Source: Macrostomum hystrix (taxonomy: Eukaryota > Animalia > Platyhelminthes). From it: 64,000 nt of DNA. Under the pieces are notes generated by a model. The model was not told where the DNA came from. It saw only the letters and a list, made by a program, of their open reading frames with translations, and searched no databases. Both the position numbers and the translations under genes were made by a program. Shown here piece by piece: positions 12,196-24,000 of the stretch; the stretch's first letter is position 1, and every line of letters starts with the position of its first letter. The stretch is taken from assembly GCA_950097015.1 (NCBI GenBank), contig CATNEN010000038.1, forward strand, positions 28,520,001 to 28,584,000, given 5' to 3'.

Positions 12196-12869
12196 GCTAA
12201 ATTAAGCTATGCCTAGGATTCTGGCAAAATCCGGCTTTTATGTGCAGACTTTGATTGCCTTAAAGAAGGCGCAATTATTGGCCTTTTTAGTGTGTCACTC
12301 ACCTTGTTTGATTGTTCTTTTCTTTCTTTGATTTTCACACTGGGATGTAAATAATTGACAAAGCAAGTGTCCCATCTGGAATCTTAGACAATGACATGCA
12401 CTACAATAATGCGACTCGATCATACTTTTATTTCTAAGTTGCTATTTATGGGTCTACGCATTGTTAATTGGCAGTTAAAAAGCAGTGAAATGTAGCAAAT
12501 TTCTAAGATTTCGTTACTTTTAAAGAAAGTCTCCTTATTAACGTTGGTAAACAGTAGACTATGGTACTAAATTTAGTACCATTGTCTACTGTTTTTAGAT
12601 TTTAAAATCTAGAAGGCGCACTATTTACCAATATCTTTATCTTCGACGTTGCTTTGCTACTGGCACAAATTGATAGCTTTCTTTCAATTCGCGCAATTTA
12701 TTTGGCCCCTTTTGCGCCCATAAAGCATCGATCATATTTGCGATTTTCACAATTTTAACTCTGAAAAGTACATCTCCTACTAGCTATGTAAATTTACGTG
12801 GACCAGCGTGAAGTCGCCTAGCTATGTGATCGCGAAAGCAATATCGATGAGATGATGACAAAAACAACA

Positions 12870-13800
12870 AAGAACTGCTCCCGCCAGCCACATGCAGTGG
12901 CCAGAAGGAGGGAGGAGTGACACCCGCCAGCTTGGTCCGGGGCGCCAGCATCACCCAGAAGCCGGTCACGGAATCTCGAATTGGTCCGACAGTCCATCTG
13001 GTGTCATCACTGAAGCAGTTGTGTCCTGGACCTCGCTGATGCTCCGGTACATTAGACGCACGAAGCACAATTGAGCCAGGGCGCCGCGAGCCAACGAGTT
13101 AAAAGCCTTGAAGAAGCCAATGAAGATCACCACAAGACTTGACTGATGATGCGGTGGAGGGCAAGGATCTACGTCACTGTACCGCGATGTGGGTGGAGCC
13201 CGTCCTGCATGCTACGGGCGGAGGAACTGGCTCAGCACGGGCTGTAACCGACCTAGCAGCACGTCGTGATTGAACAGCTTCGCAGCGCAGGACATGAGCG
13301 AGATCCCGCGTGCGCTCCACCTTCCGTGTCGTGCCCGGCTTCTTCGGAATCGTGACGATGTGCGCGGTTGTTCATTCGCCGGGCGCGGCATTTCTTAAAG
13401 TGGAAATCGTTCATCACGCAATTAAGCCACCTCAGTGGCAACCTTATTCGTGACTCGTAGTGCCTCCATGGCCTCGTGCTCGTCCGTCCCACCCTCTCGA
13501 CCGTCCGCCTCGCCTCCTAGATCTCCTTATTACTTGCCTTGACCGGGAGACTACTTGGTGCGGAGTTTCGTCAAGGCAGCGTTTTGCTAGTTGCCGTCGC
13601 TGTACTGCCGCACTGATTACGGGCATTGCCGGTGCTCGCAGATTTTACCAGTGCGGCGGCAAACGGGTGCATACCTGCCTCGGGTGTTGCAGTCTCGCAG
13701 CCTGTTGCGAGTAGCGGTGTGGGTGTCGCTTCGGCGGCCAGTGTAGAGCGGGTCCCGGGTGCAAAAGGTTGCAGAAAAGCAGGCGATTGTCGCGGATCGG
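12870..13800 (-). mobile_element. Decayed non-LTR retrotransposon (LINE, RTE-like) reverse-transcriptase fragment
   Basis: Minus-strand frames give APGE*TTAHIVTIPKKPG, RGISLMSCAAKLFN, LLGRLQPVLSQFLRP and SLVVIFIGFFKAFNS (decayed FIDFxKAFDS), with stops and frameshifts. Confidence 0.85.
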
Positions 13801-16800
13801 ATTGACTGTCATGATTGTCATCATCATGAAAAAAATTATAACGTTCGGTGGAGCAGAAAGTTAGACAAGTTATATCAAAAGAACAGCTTAATTTGTGTTT
13901 GCTTCCAATCAATAAAGCTGTCACCATGACCGTGACTACATTAAAAATTGAAAATTTCTAATCCCCAGTGTATTTTTTCTATGAAACTTTGTTTCCTGTC
14001 CTTCTACCCCTAGCGGTTCGTGCTTTTACGTAGTTATAGTAATTATTATTAATTATGTGTCTTGTTTAATTTGTCTTTTGTGGAAGGTCCGGGTAAACTT
14101 TAAAACCCACCAGAGCCAAATTACCAGAGCAAGGTCCGAGATTAAATCTAAAAATTATTTTTAAAACGACATATATACCTTATATGTAAAATGTATTTTG
14201 AAATATTAACACTTTAAACCTACTATATTATTTTCTTGTTTAAAGCGTAAAGCAAAAATCGCAACAAATTGTTTAACTGTTTTCTTAATTTTAAATTACC
14301 TACTTTTTATGCCGGTAATTACAAAACGAATGACGAACAAACAGGCTGCCTTGTACTGAAACTAAGTCTTTCGTAATAATGTCGATGTTGAGCAACATAT
14401 TTAAGCACAAAATGTTAAGTAAACAGTCATATATATTGACTTTTTTGTGTGTATGTCAATGCTTACCACTTTCATAATACGCGTCCTACAGAGTTACATT
14501 TACTATCTATAAATTGCTTCTTAGGACTTACCTACAGGCTGCATTTGCCATTTTAGCTATCCAGGCTTAGCTATTTAGCTACTACAAATGTTTTACTGTG
14601 CATAAACTTTACATTTAAAACATGTAAAGTTGAAGTTAGATAGGCTTAGGCCTAGTAAAGTTAGTTAGGAGAAGGATAGCCAGCTACTATTATTTTAATA
14701 ATACAAAAGTAATAGCTATTTAGGACCTACTTAGGCCTACCTTTAGGCTTAGCTTGTCTAATTTAAAGAAAAATGTTAGTCTTAAAACTTCTATAACAAT
14801 CGTCAAAAAATTATAGTAGGATAAATTTTTTTTACATTTTAGCCTAATTATACTATGGTATATGTCTAATGTCTAGCTACTAAATAAATATGAAAAGTTG
14901 GATTTTTAAATAAGGATAAAATTTTAGTTGGCAGACATTGGGCTTTTGTTATGGAAACATTTTTTGAAACATTTACAATGCGTGGTGAGGGTGGGCCTTC
15001 TTTAGTTTCACTAAAGAGCCTAGGACAATCCTTTGTCCTAGGCTCCTAACCATTTTGATTATGCAATCCTGTATAAAAAAACTGGTAGGCCTAAACAGTA
15101 AAGAATTGTAATCATTTCTTCTAGTCAATTTCTTTCCAGTGCTTAAGGCGTAGTATAAATTTATGAAAAAAGCAACCTAAGCCTTAATACTTTTTTGCAC
15201 AATCTTATAAATGGAGGAATTCTGTTAAATGGGACTGTAAAATATATGTAACAAAAATATTTTTTGATGCCTTGCTAATTGAGCAGCAAGTTAGTACATA
15301 CCATAATTTTTTAATTCAAATTAAAAACTGTATAAATCATACTTAAGTCAAGAAACAACCTAATTTATTTGCTATAATAGAGATCACATAATGAAAAGGC
15401 CAAAAGGCCAAAGGGCAGGTTCAATAAGACCAGCGTCACCAGCATAAAGGGAATGTGTTATGAAAGAGTTGTATAACAAAATAAAATTGTTGATATTAAA
15501 GGCTCAAAGGATTTTCTCACATTTTTCTAATTAGACTAAAGTATATAGTTATTGTTTATTAATATTTTTTATGATATAGGCATACTAATTTTTAAAATAT
15601 ACTCAAGCAAATATACACTTTTTAACCATGCTAAACTGCAACCATAAGGCTTAAAGCAAAACTTTGTTTCAAAGATAAATTTCATTTGCTGATTAAAAGG
15701 AAAACTGAAATTTAAAGAAGTATTAACAAAAAAGTTTTTTTATATTGTGTGTGATGTGAGTTAGTGCTATGATTTTTTTAAATTAAATAATTTATATATA
15801 TAAGATAGGGCTCCCTTTGTACAATTCCTAGAAACCATTTCCTGCAAAAATTTAGTATTTTGTTTAACTTTAAGTTAATTTTTTTATTGCATCAATTTGT
15901 TTAATTGCATTGAAAATAAAATGTTTTTATGAAGTTGCTGGGGTGAGGAGGAGGATAAGTTCTAGTATAAATACACATGAGCAAAAGAGAGAAAAAATAA
16001 CCCTTGTTTGAGACAGGGTTCAGAATAAAGAAAGCTTGAATCTTGAAGTGTTTGTGTTGAAGTTATTTAAAAGAGACATTGCAAAAGAAAAGTAAACAGA
16101 TTAAAGGAGAGCTGTAAATCTAGATCCACTGGTAAAGCCCAATATGGACTGAAGATTGAATTGAAGATTGATTGAAGAGTGATAAAGACTGATAAAAGAA
16201 GGATTAAGATGGATAAAAAGTACTTGCAGAAATAATACAGCAAGGTTATGAGTAAAAGTAAATAGAGAGGATAAATATCAGCCATATAATTCTACCAGAT
16301 TAAATATATAAACGCTACCAATTTGAGTTGAAATAAGAAGTGCATAATTAAAGACATTCATATGATTGATATAAAGACAGTATTTGAATAAGTGTATAAG
16401 CACTATGACAACTTAGGTGATATTCAGTAAGATATTAACTATTGTAAAATAACCCTGCCAAAACTTGGTGGCATTATTAGAATTACAAGTTTAGTAAGAA
16501 AGATAGCCCCACAAAATATATAATTTTATACTATTTACTATGCTATGATTTAATGCTTATATATATATATATATGTATAATATAAAAATATTTTGTTTGC
16601 TATATGAATATGAAGTATATAAATAAATAAGCAAACATTCTTTAAGAACAGTTAGATTTTCAAAAAAAATACTGAAGAGATATGTCATTGTGCATTGGTA
16701 TTGCAAACGGTGTATTCAACTAGTTATAAAGATTATGAAAAGTTGTTTTATGTACAAATAAATTATTATTTGGGGTTTTGATTATTTAGTGACCTATATA

Positions 16801-17076
16801 TTCATAATATGTTGTCTGTATGACAATCATTTTATATTTTATCTGCATATAAACATATATTGGAAATACTATAAAATCATTGATTGGTGTTTCAGGTCTT
16901 GAGTTTCTCTTCATTGTTTAAATTATTGTGTTTACTCAGCAATCATAGTAATTTGAATTTCTGAGATTGTATTCAAGACAAGTGCGCAATCAAAGTTTAT
17001 ATTTAAATTTACAACTTAATGTTACAATTTTAAATTGGCTACACTGCCAGCTTCGAATTGATTGTACACCTGAGAA

Positions 17077-18758
17077 ATGTGAGTTAAACCTTTGCAATTA
17101 ATTAATTTTGACCATTTGAAGTAGAAAATAGCATTCAAGAAACCACTGATGGTACAGCAAAGATGCTTGTAGTTTCGTTTGGTGTAGGGGGGTCGGTGGC
17201 AGAGCAGTTAACGCATTTGCCTCTTGCACCAATGTCCCCAAGTTTGATTCCACAGCAAGGCCACATTTATTTGGGGCGCGGCTGCGGAGAGAAGGCTTTG
17301 GGGACTTGTTGTGTAATTTACACCCTTGAGGGCCAACCTCCAAGTCACAAGAAGTTTACACTGCCTGACGATGAGAAAGTCAGGGTTGATGTACACACCT
17401 GTGTGAGCGTGTGCCTGTGTGCGTGTGTGCTCAGGAGTCAGCGAAATGGGCAGAATTGCCTCCTCGCTGGCTGCGGGTCTAGTGTCACCAAATGATGTGC
17501 CATTGCCCGCAGCCCTCCTGCAATTATTATTATTATTATTATTATTGGTCAGTTGTAGAAAGCAACTGTAATGAGAGTGAGAATATATGCTGCCACTTAA
17601 ATTTTCATTGATATTCAAACAATTTTATATATATCTATTCGCATCAATTTGCTTCAATTTAGGGGATCACGTGGTGGACCAGATTTTCAATCGGAGGATG
17701 AGCCTCAGACCACTGTTTACATAGGCAATTTGCCGAGCGACTCAATCCAGGGCGATGTTGAGCACATTTTTAGTGCCTGCAAAATTCGCAGCATTAGAAT
17801 GGTGCGAGATCGCGAAACGGACGCCTTTCGCGGCTTCGCCTACGTTGAGTTTGAAGACACAGCGTCCGTGAAAAAGGCTTTGGAATTAAACGGAGCGGTG
17901 AGTCATCTGTTTAAAATGTTGTTATCTATTACCTGCCAACTGAATATGGTGCATTCTCGAACATGTAAGTCTTCAAAACCTTTCAGCTTTACGATGGCAA
18001 AGAACTGAAGATTGACATAGCCCAAAATCGCAATAGAAATGGCGGCTTCCGGGGTGGTAAGTGTCATATGATGATTAGCAATGTATACAACGACCCATTG
18101 TCCTTAATTAGTTTTTTTCTTTCTCTGCGCACCTACAGGACGCGGCGGTGGTGGTGGTGGTGGGGGCGGCGGAGGCGGTGGCGGACTGTATCAGCATGGC
18201 AACATGCGTGGCGGCGGTGGCGGTGGCGGTGGCCATGGCAACTACTACGGCGGTAGCATGGAATTCACTCGCGGCGGTCGCGGTAGTCGCGGTGGCGGAG
18301 GCGTACGCGGCGGCGGCGTAGGAGGTCGCGGAGGCGGTATGGGCCAATACCAGCAGCAGCAGCAGCAGCACTTCCAGCCGCCCTATCAGCAGCAGCAGGA
18401 TTATCATCATGGCGGAGGTGGCGCAGGCAGCAATGGCCGCGGCGGTGGTCGTGGCGGCCCGTCCGGCTTCCACGGCGGCGGCGGCGGTGGCGGTCCTCGC
18501 CGTCAGCGGCAGAGCTCCAGCGGAGGCGGCAATAAGGACCCTTCGCCGCCGCCGCCCCCCGCAGCCGGCCGTCCGAAGCTGAAGCTGCTGCCTCGGACCG
18601 TGCCAGCTGAGGCTGCCGCCCCGGATGCCGTAGCCGCGCGCAATCCGTCAATCTTTGGCTCGGGCCGGCCGCGCCCGCCGACTCCGCCTGGCGCCGCCGC
18701 AGCCGCCGATCAGCAGGTTGAAGCTGGCGATGAGCGGGCAGCGCCTTCGGCTGAGTAA
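17077..18758 (+). CDS. EIF4H: Eukaryotic translation initiation factor 4H (RRM + RGG/Q-rich tail)
   Basis: RRM TVYIGNLP...VRDRETDAFRGFAYVEFED and C-terminal RPKLKLLPRTV...SIFGSGRPR are eIF4H signatures. Predicted exons 17077-17078 (AT of a split ATG, GTGAGT donor), 17663-17897, 17987-18056, 18139-18758; all phases are compatible. Confidence 0.9.
17187..17546 (+). mobile_element. tRNA-derived SINE family A, full-length, in eIF4H intron 1
   Basis: A box TGGCAGAGCAG, B box GTTTGATTCC, conserved body, (ATT)n tail. Confidence 0.9.
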
Positions 18759-19571
18759 AACGTGCGGATTTGGGTCACTGAAATAATATTCAACTAATAA
18801 TTCATTATGATCTAATCGTATTGGAGCTCATCATTCGGTTATTTACTGAAATTATATTTCATATTAAATTGAGTTATTTGCTACGTCCAAAAAGCCTGTC
18901 AACATCCTAAGGATTTCTGCTGTTGATTTGTTTAAATCATTATTTCAAATAGTTTTTTTCTTGTGTTCAACATTTCCCCCTACCAGAATCTATTTTTTTT
19001 TCACTAGCTAATGTGGGATTCATTTTTCTCCTGGCAACGTTCCGTTATCTTTTTTGCCATCATCCTCAATAATATTAGTACATTATATATTTCTGTTTCT
19101 TTGCATTTACGTCTTAAAAATAAAGTGTTTAAATAAAACAATATAATAAATTTCATTCTTTTTTATCTGTTTAGAAATGTGAAGCGTTAATTATTTTAGT
19201 TCAGTCGCTCTCATTATAAACTGTCCGTTTTAGTGTTTTGAGTAAAAAAAATTGGCCCTTTCAACCTTGTACCGATATTTATTTTCTTAATAGTGTCTCA
19301 TCTTTTATTTGTTTTGCTATTCTGTTTTGTTTGTTTGTCTCTGCTGTTTCGCCCAATCCTCACTCTGGTTAAAGGAAATTCTACAGGTGGCGCGTTTTCA
19401 TCTCATGTCGAGCTCAATCACGCAGTGGCCGCCAGCTCAGTTTGCGAACGGGAGAAGGAAGTCAAGAAAATAAATAATGCTGGCTGTATGGATACAACAT
19501 TGTTGTGCTGCACAACTTCTTGAATGGAAAAATTAAGATTTTCTCGACTTAAAGACTTTCCCAATTTTTTA

Positions 19572-20757
19572 ATTCTGACTAGCAAGTTTGTCCGAAGATG
19601 ATGCGTGACTAGATGAACTGTCAGAAAATTCTGTCTGACAAGACGGACTGTCAGAAGATGATGTCTGACTAGATGAACTGTCAGAAAATTCTGTCTGACA
19701 AGACGGACTGTCAGAAGATGATGTCTGACTAGATGAACTGTCAGAAGATTCTGTCTGACAAGATGGACTGTCACAAGATTCTGTCGGACAAAATGACTGT
19801 CAGAAGATGATGTCTGACAAGATGGACTGTCACAAGATTCTGTCTGACAAGATGGACTGTCAGAAGATGATGTCTGACAAGATGGACTGTCACAAGATTC
19901 TGTCTGACAAGATGGACTTCAGAAGATGATGTCTGACTAGAGGAACAGCCAGAAGATGATGTCTGACTAGAGGAACTGTCAGAAGATGTCTGACTAGAGT
20001 AACAGCCAGAAGATGATGTCTGACTAGAGGAACTGTCAGAAAATTCTGTCTGACAAGACGGACTGTCAGAAGATGATGTCTGACTAGATGAACTGTCAGA
20101 AAATTCTGTCTGACAAGACGGACTGTCAGAAGATGATGTCTGACTAGATGAACTGTCAGAAGATTCTGTCTGACAAGATGGACTGTCACAAGATTCTGTC
20201 TGACAAGATGGACTGTCAGAAGATGATGTCTGACAAGATGGACTGTCACAAGATTCTGTCTGACAAGATGGACTTCAGAAGATGATGTCTGACTAGAGGA
20301 ACAGCCAGAAGATGATGTCTGACTAGAGGAACTGTCAGAAGATGTCTGACTAGAGTAACAGCCAGAAGATCATGTCTGACTAGAGGAACTGTCAGAAGAT
20401 AATGTCTGACTAGAGGAACAGCCAGAAGATTCTGTCTGACTAGAGGAACTGTCAGAGGATGATGTCTGACTAGAGGAACTGTCAGAGGATGATGTCTGAC
20501 TAGAGGAACAGTCAGAAGATTCTGTCTGACTAGAGGAACTGTCAGAAGATGATGTCTGACTAGAGGAACTGTCATAAGATTCTGTCTGACAAGATGGACT
20601 GTCAGAAGATGATGTCAGACTATAGGAACTGTCAGAAGATAATGTTTGACTAGATAGACTGTCAGAAGATGATGTTTGACTAGAGGAACTGTCAGAAGAT
20701 GATGTCTGACTAGATAGACTGTCAGAAGATGATGTCTGACTAGATAGACTGTCAGAG
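19572..20757. repeat. ~30-bp internally palindromic minisatellite (CTGTCAGAAGATGATGTCTGACTAGAGGAA)
   Basis: About 39 tandem units, each with GTCAGA/TCTGAC inverted arms. Confidence 0.97.
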
Positions 20758-21030
20758 AGATGATTAACTGTAATATTGTTTGTGTGCTAAATTGGTTGGT
20801 ACATTAATTAGGAATTCAGGTAAGAATGCGAAGCAAATTGTTCCGCCGTCTTTCTGAGGTCAAATTTGAACCTCGTAGTTCAACGACAATTTTACATAAT
20901 GTGTTAGGTCTTGATAATTTAAATGCAGTTTTCTGTGAATTTGCTATTCACTAAAATATGGCTATTGTTGTTAAGCATTCTTAGCATGCAACTCTGCAGT
21001 GTGTGGTCTGTGTCGAGCTCATAGACAAAA

Positions 21031-24000
21031 ATGGAAGTCGCCAAAGATATCTTGAAAACTGGCTTGGCTAAAAGAATGTGTACATTGGCTATTGTGCAAT
21101 TAGTTTCTCATCGACCCGCCCTATAGGCAGAGACAGAAAGGCATCTTTAAAGGCTTGGGGGTTGAGGGTGCATAGTTTGTCTGTCTATTTGTGTGACCAG
21201 ATATAAAAGCTATGAAATGTGCATTTTATTATAAAAATTCCTTTTCTACTTTGTGGTTCTAGTCTTCTTAGTAAATTCTTTATACTCGACAGAAACACTC
21301 TGAGAATTTCTCAGTCATGTTCAAGCCAAGCTCAGATTCTGAATTTTCTGCTTCGTCACTGCGCGGGTTGAAGTGAGTGCAGTCTGCCAGCTGTCGCTTT
21401 TACCTTCCAGTACTTGCAGAATTAGTATTTCAGACTGCTACCAGACATCTCAAATCTAGTCTCACTCGCATTCACACTATTTAATTAAGCTAGTTTCGCA
21501 AGGAAGCTTCCAAAATTACTTCTATTTCTGTATTAGGGTTAGCAACTTACAAGGGCTCAATAAGTTTTGCTACATTTGCAATCCATACTTTAATCGTTGT
21601 GTCATAGTTGGTCTAACATGAGTCTTTTGTAAGTGTCTCAGCAGTTCTTGCTTATCTACGAGTTTATTGAAAACCATTTCCGATTGGTAGGGAAAACGTG
21701 TTTGATCATTTCTTAGAAATCCGTTCCCATGTTTTCTTTATAGAAATATGTTGACCTTCTTTCTTTGGAATATTTATTATTAGTCTGGGTTAATTGTTGA
21801 AAAATCGTTTCCAATTATTTCTTAGAAATCTCGTGTTATCTTTACGTAAAAATCCCTTCTTAGAAATATCCTTCCATTCTGTCCTAACAATCATTGTTTC
21901 ATCGTTTGTTATAAATCCACTTACATCCTTTATTCCAAATCGTTTTCAATCTCTTTTTAGAAGAAAATTCAATACTAGCTGTCCTACGAAAATATTTTTA
22001 TAATTTCCTAGAAATATTTCCCATTCTTTCTTAGGATTAACTTCCATTTCTACTTAAAAGTGCCTCACTTTTTTTAATCCAGCACCGCTCTTTCTTAGAA
22101 ATTTCTTTCCATCCATTTTTGAAGTATCTTCTGTCATGACAGTGTCCTCATAGAGTTTATTATTAGAAACTATTTATCCCATTCTATCTGGGAAATTCCC
22201 TTCCATGTTTTCTTATATATCATTTTATCGTTTCATCGTTTCTTTGAAATATGATAAGTTGCCCATCCTTTCTTAGAAATAATTTTACAAAATCTCTTGA
22301 ACGATACTCAATTCCGCACTACGAATCACTTGTATGGGTTTTAGAGATAGAAAAAATTGTTATTTGTCGTGGAAATTCTTTTATATTTAGTTTCAAAAAA
22401 ATTTCTTCCTATACTTCTTAGATATTCAGTTCTATTGTGACTTGCGAGGCGGTAAAATTCCGCGGACCATTATTAACTCTCCCATCACACCTGGTCATTC
22501 GTCCCAGGGGCTCGCGAACGCCCGGGCATCGTTTATCAACGCGGCCGGCGCGTCGTCCGAGCGGCAGCGCCAGCTCAGCCGCTGGCGAGCTCAGCCTGGC
22601 CGGGCCGGCTTGGATCTTTCGCGGCCAGGAGGTCGAGAAGGAGGACGCAGCGAAGGTCATCAAGTTCCCGGAGCTGCACTCGGATCTGGCCAAGTCCTAC
22701 TCCGAGCAGATTAAGCCCTGCTATGATCAGATCGCCCGGCTCAGAGCTCTGGGCTTCGCCAAGGAGCTGCGTCTTCCAGCCATTGTCGTGATCGGCGACC
22801 AGTCCACTGGCAAGAGCTCGGTGCTGGAGAGCATCAGCGGTGTGAGGTTCCCGCGCGGCAACGGCGTGGTGACGCTCTGCCCGCTGCAGCTCAGCATGCG
22901 CACTAGCGAGGACGGAAAATGGCGGGGCAACATTCGCTATTACGACGCCTACGGCAAGCAGATGAAGTGGGACATCGACGGGCCGGAGGACGTCGAGGAC
23001 GCCATCCAGGAGGCGCAGGCTCGCATCACCGGCAAGCAGCGCAGCATCTCCAAGAGCATTATCGAGATGACTCTGGAGAGTCCAGAGTTGCCTAATCTGA
23101 CCCTGATTGACCTGCCGGGCATTGCGCGCTACAACCACAGCAGCGCGGAGGCCGGCGCCAGTGTGCATCAAGTGGTAAGATATGCCGCTCGCGTTCACGT
23201 GCTGATGGACAGTGGGACAAACAAAGCCATTCTGCCACCTGTTTTTATACCATCAGGGGGAGGGAAATCCCCCCTGAAATTTTTGGCAGCGCCCGAATGC
23301 TTACAACGTTGGGTGGTGACTAAGGCTGGTTGACAGACTAGGCGATGGTGTCCTGTGGTTAATAGGCTTAATCAGTGAATTTGGAGAAATTCAAGTCAAG
23401 AGTGTCCAAAGTGACTTATTTCCATCTGTTGTAGCCCTTGAAGGTCCAGCAGTCCGTCTAGATAAAGGTAGGTGACCACCGAAGATGGAGATGATGCAGG
23501 CACACTCGGGTGACATGCTGATAAATTTTGAAGGCCTGGCAATGCCGCACTGAGGCGCAGTGCTAACTCGTGTATAGGGGTGTATGAAATACACTAACTC
23601 TTTTGGGAAAAATCGGACCTTCGTCCAGAAATATTGAATATCTCGACGGTCTGAAGAGCTGGCGACTTGATTCTTGTTTCAGAAGATGCGCAACAAAAAG
23701 TTGGCCCGTGTTCTTGAGTTTCGTGTCCTTGCATTGTTCCGTTCGGGTGCAGCAAAAAAATTGTCAGGGGGGGGAAATCCCCCCCCCCCTTGGTAGTTCT
23801 ACTGTTAAGGGGCTTCGGATTGATATGGACGTCATTTGACGTCAGTCGACACAAGGCCAGCGAAGCTCATTTCGCAAATATTCAGAAAGATTCAAACGCA
23901 TGCCAAATCTCCTTCCAGACCACCGACATCATCAAAGAGTACATCAGACGCGAGGAGACAATCATCTTGGTGGTGATTCCGCTCACAGCGGACACAGCCA

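Noticed and set aside
16067-16285. Hydrophobic 72-aa ORF (possible membrane peptide or NUMT)
   Set aside because: It is the antisense of an A/G-rich decayed tract in the CpG-depleted block; no recognisable homology.
17362-17385. Hammerhead-like CTGACGA...GAAA in SINE A (and CTGAAGA-GAC-GAAA at ~9102)
   Set aside because: No stem II and no stem III or cleavage triplet; the CUGA bases pair in a simple hairpin; the 9102 motif is not conserved in the second MITE copy.
19572-20757. CRISPR-like array of palindromic 30-bp repeats
   Set aside because: No unique spacers, no cas genes, eukaryotic context; it is a plain minisatellite.
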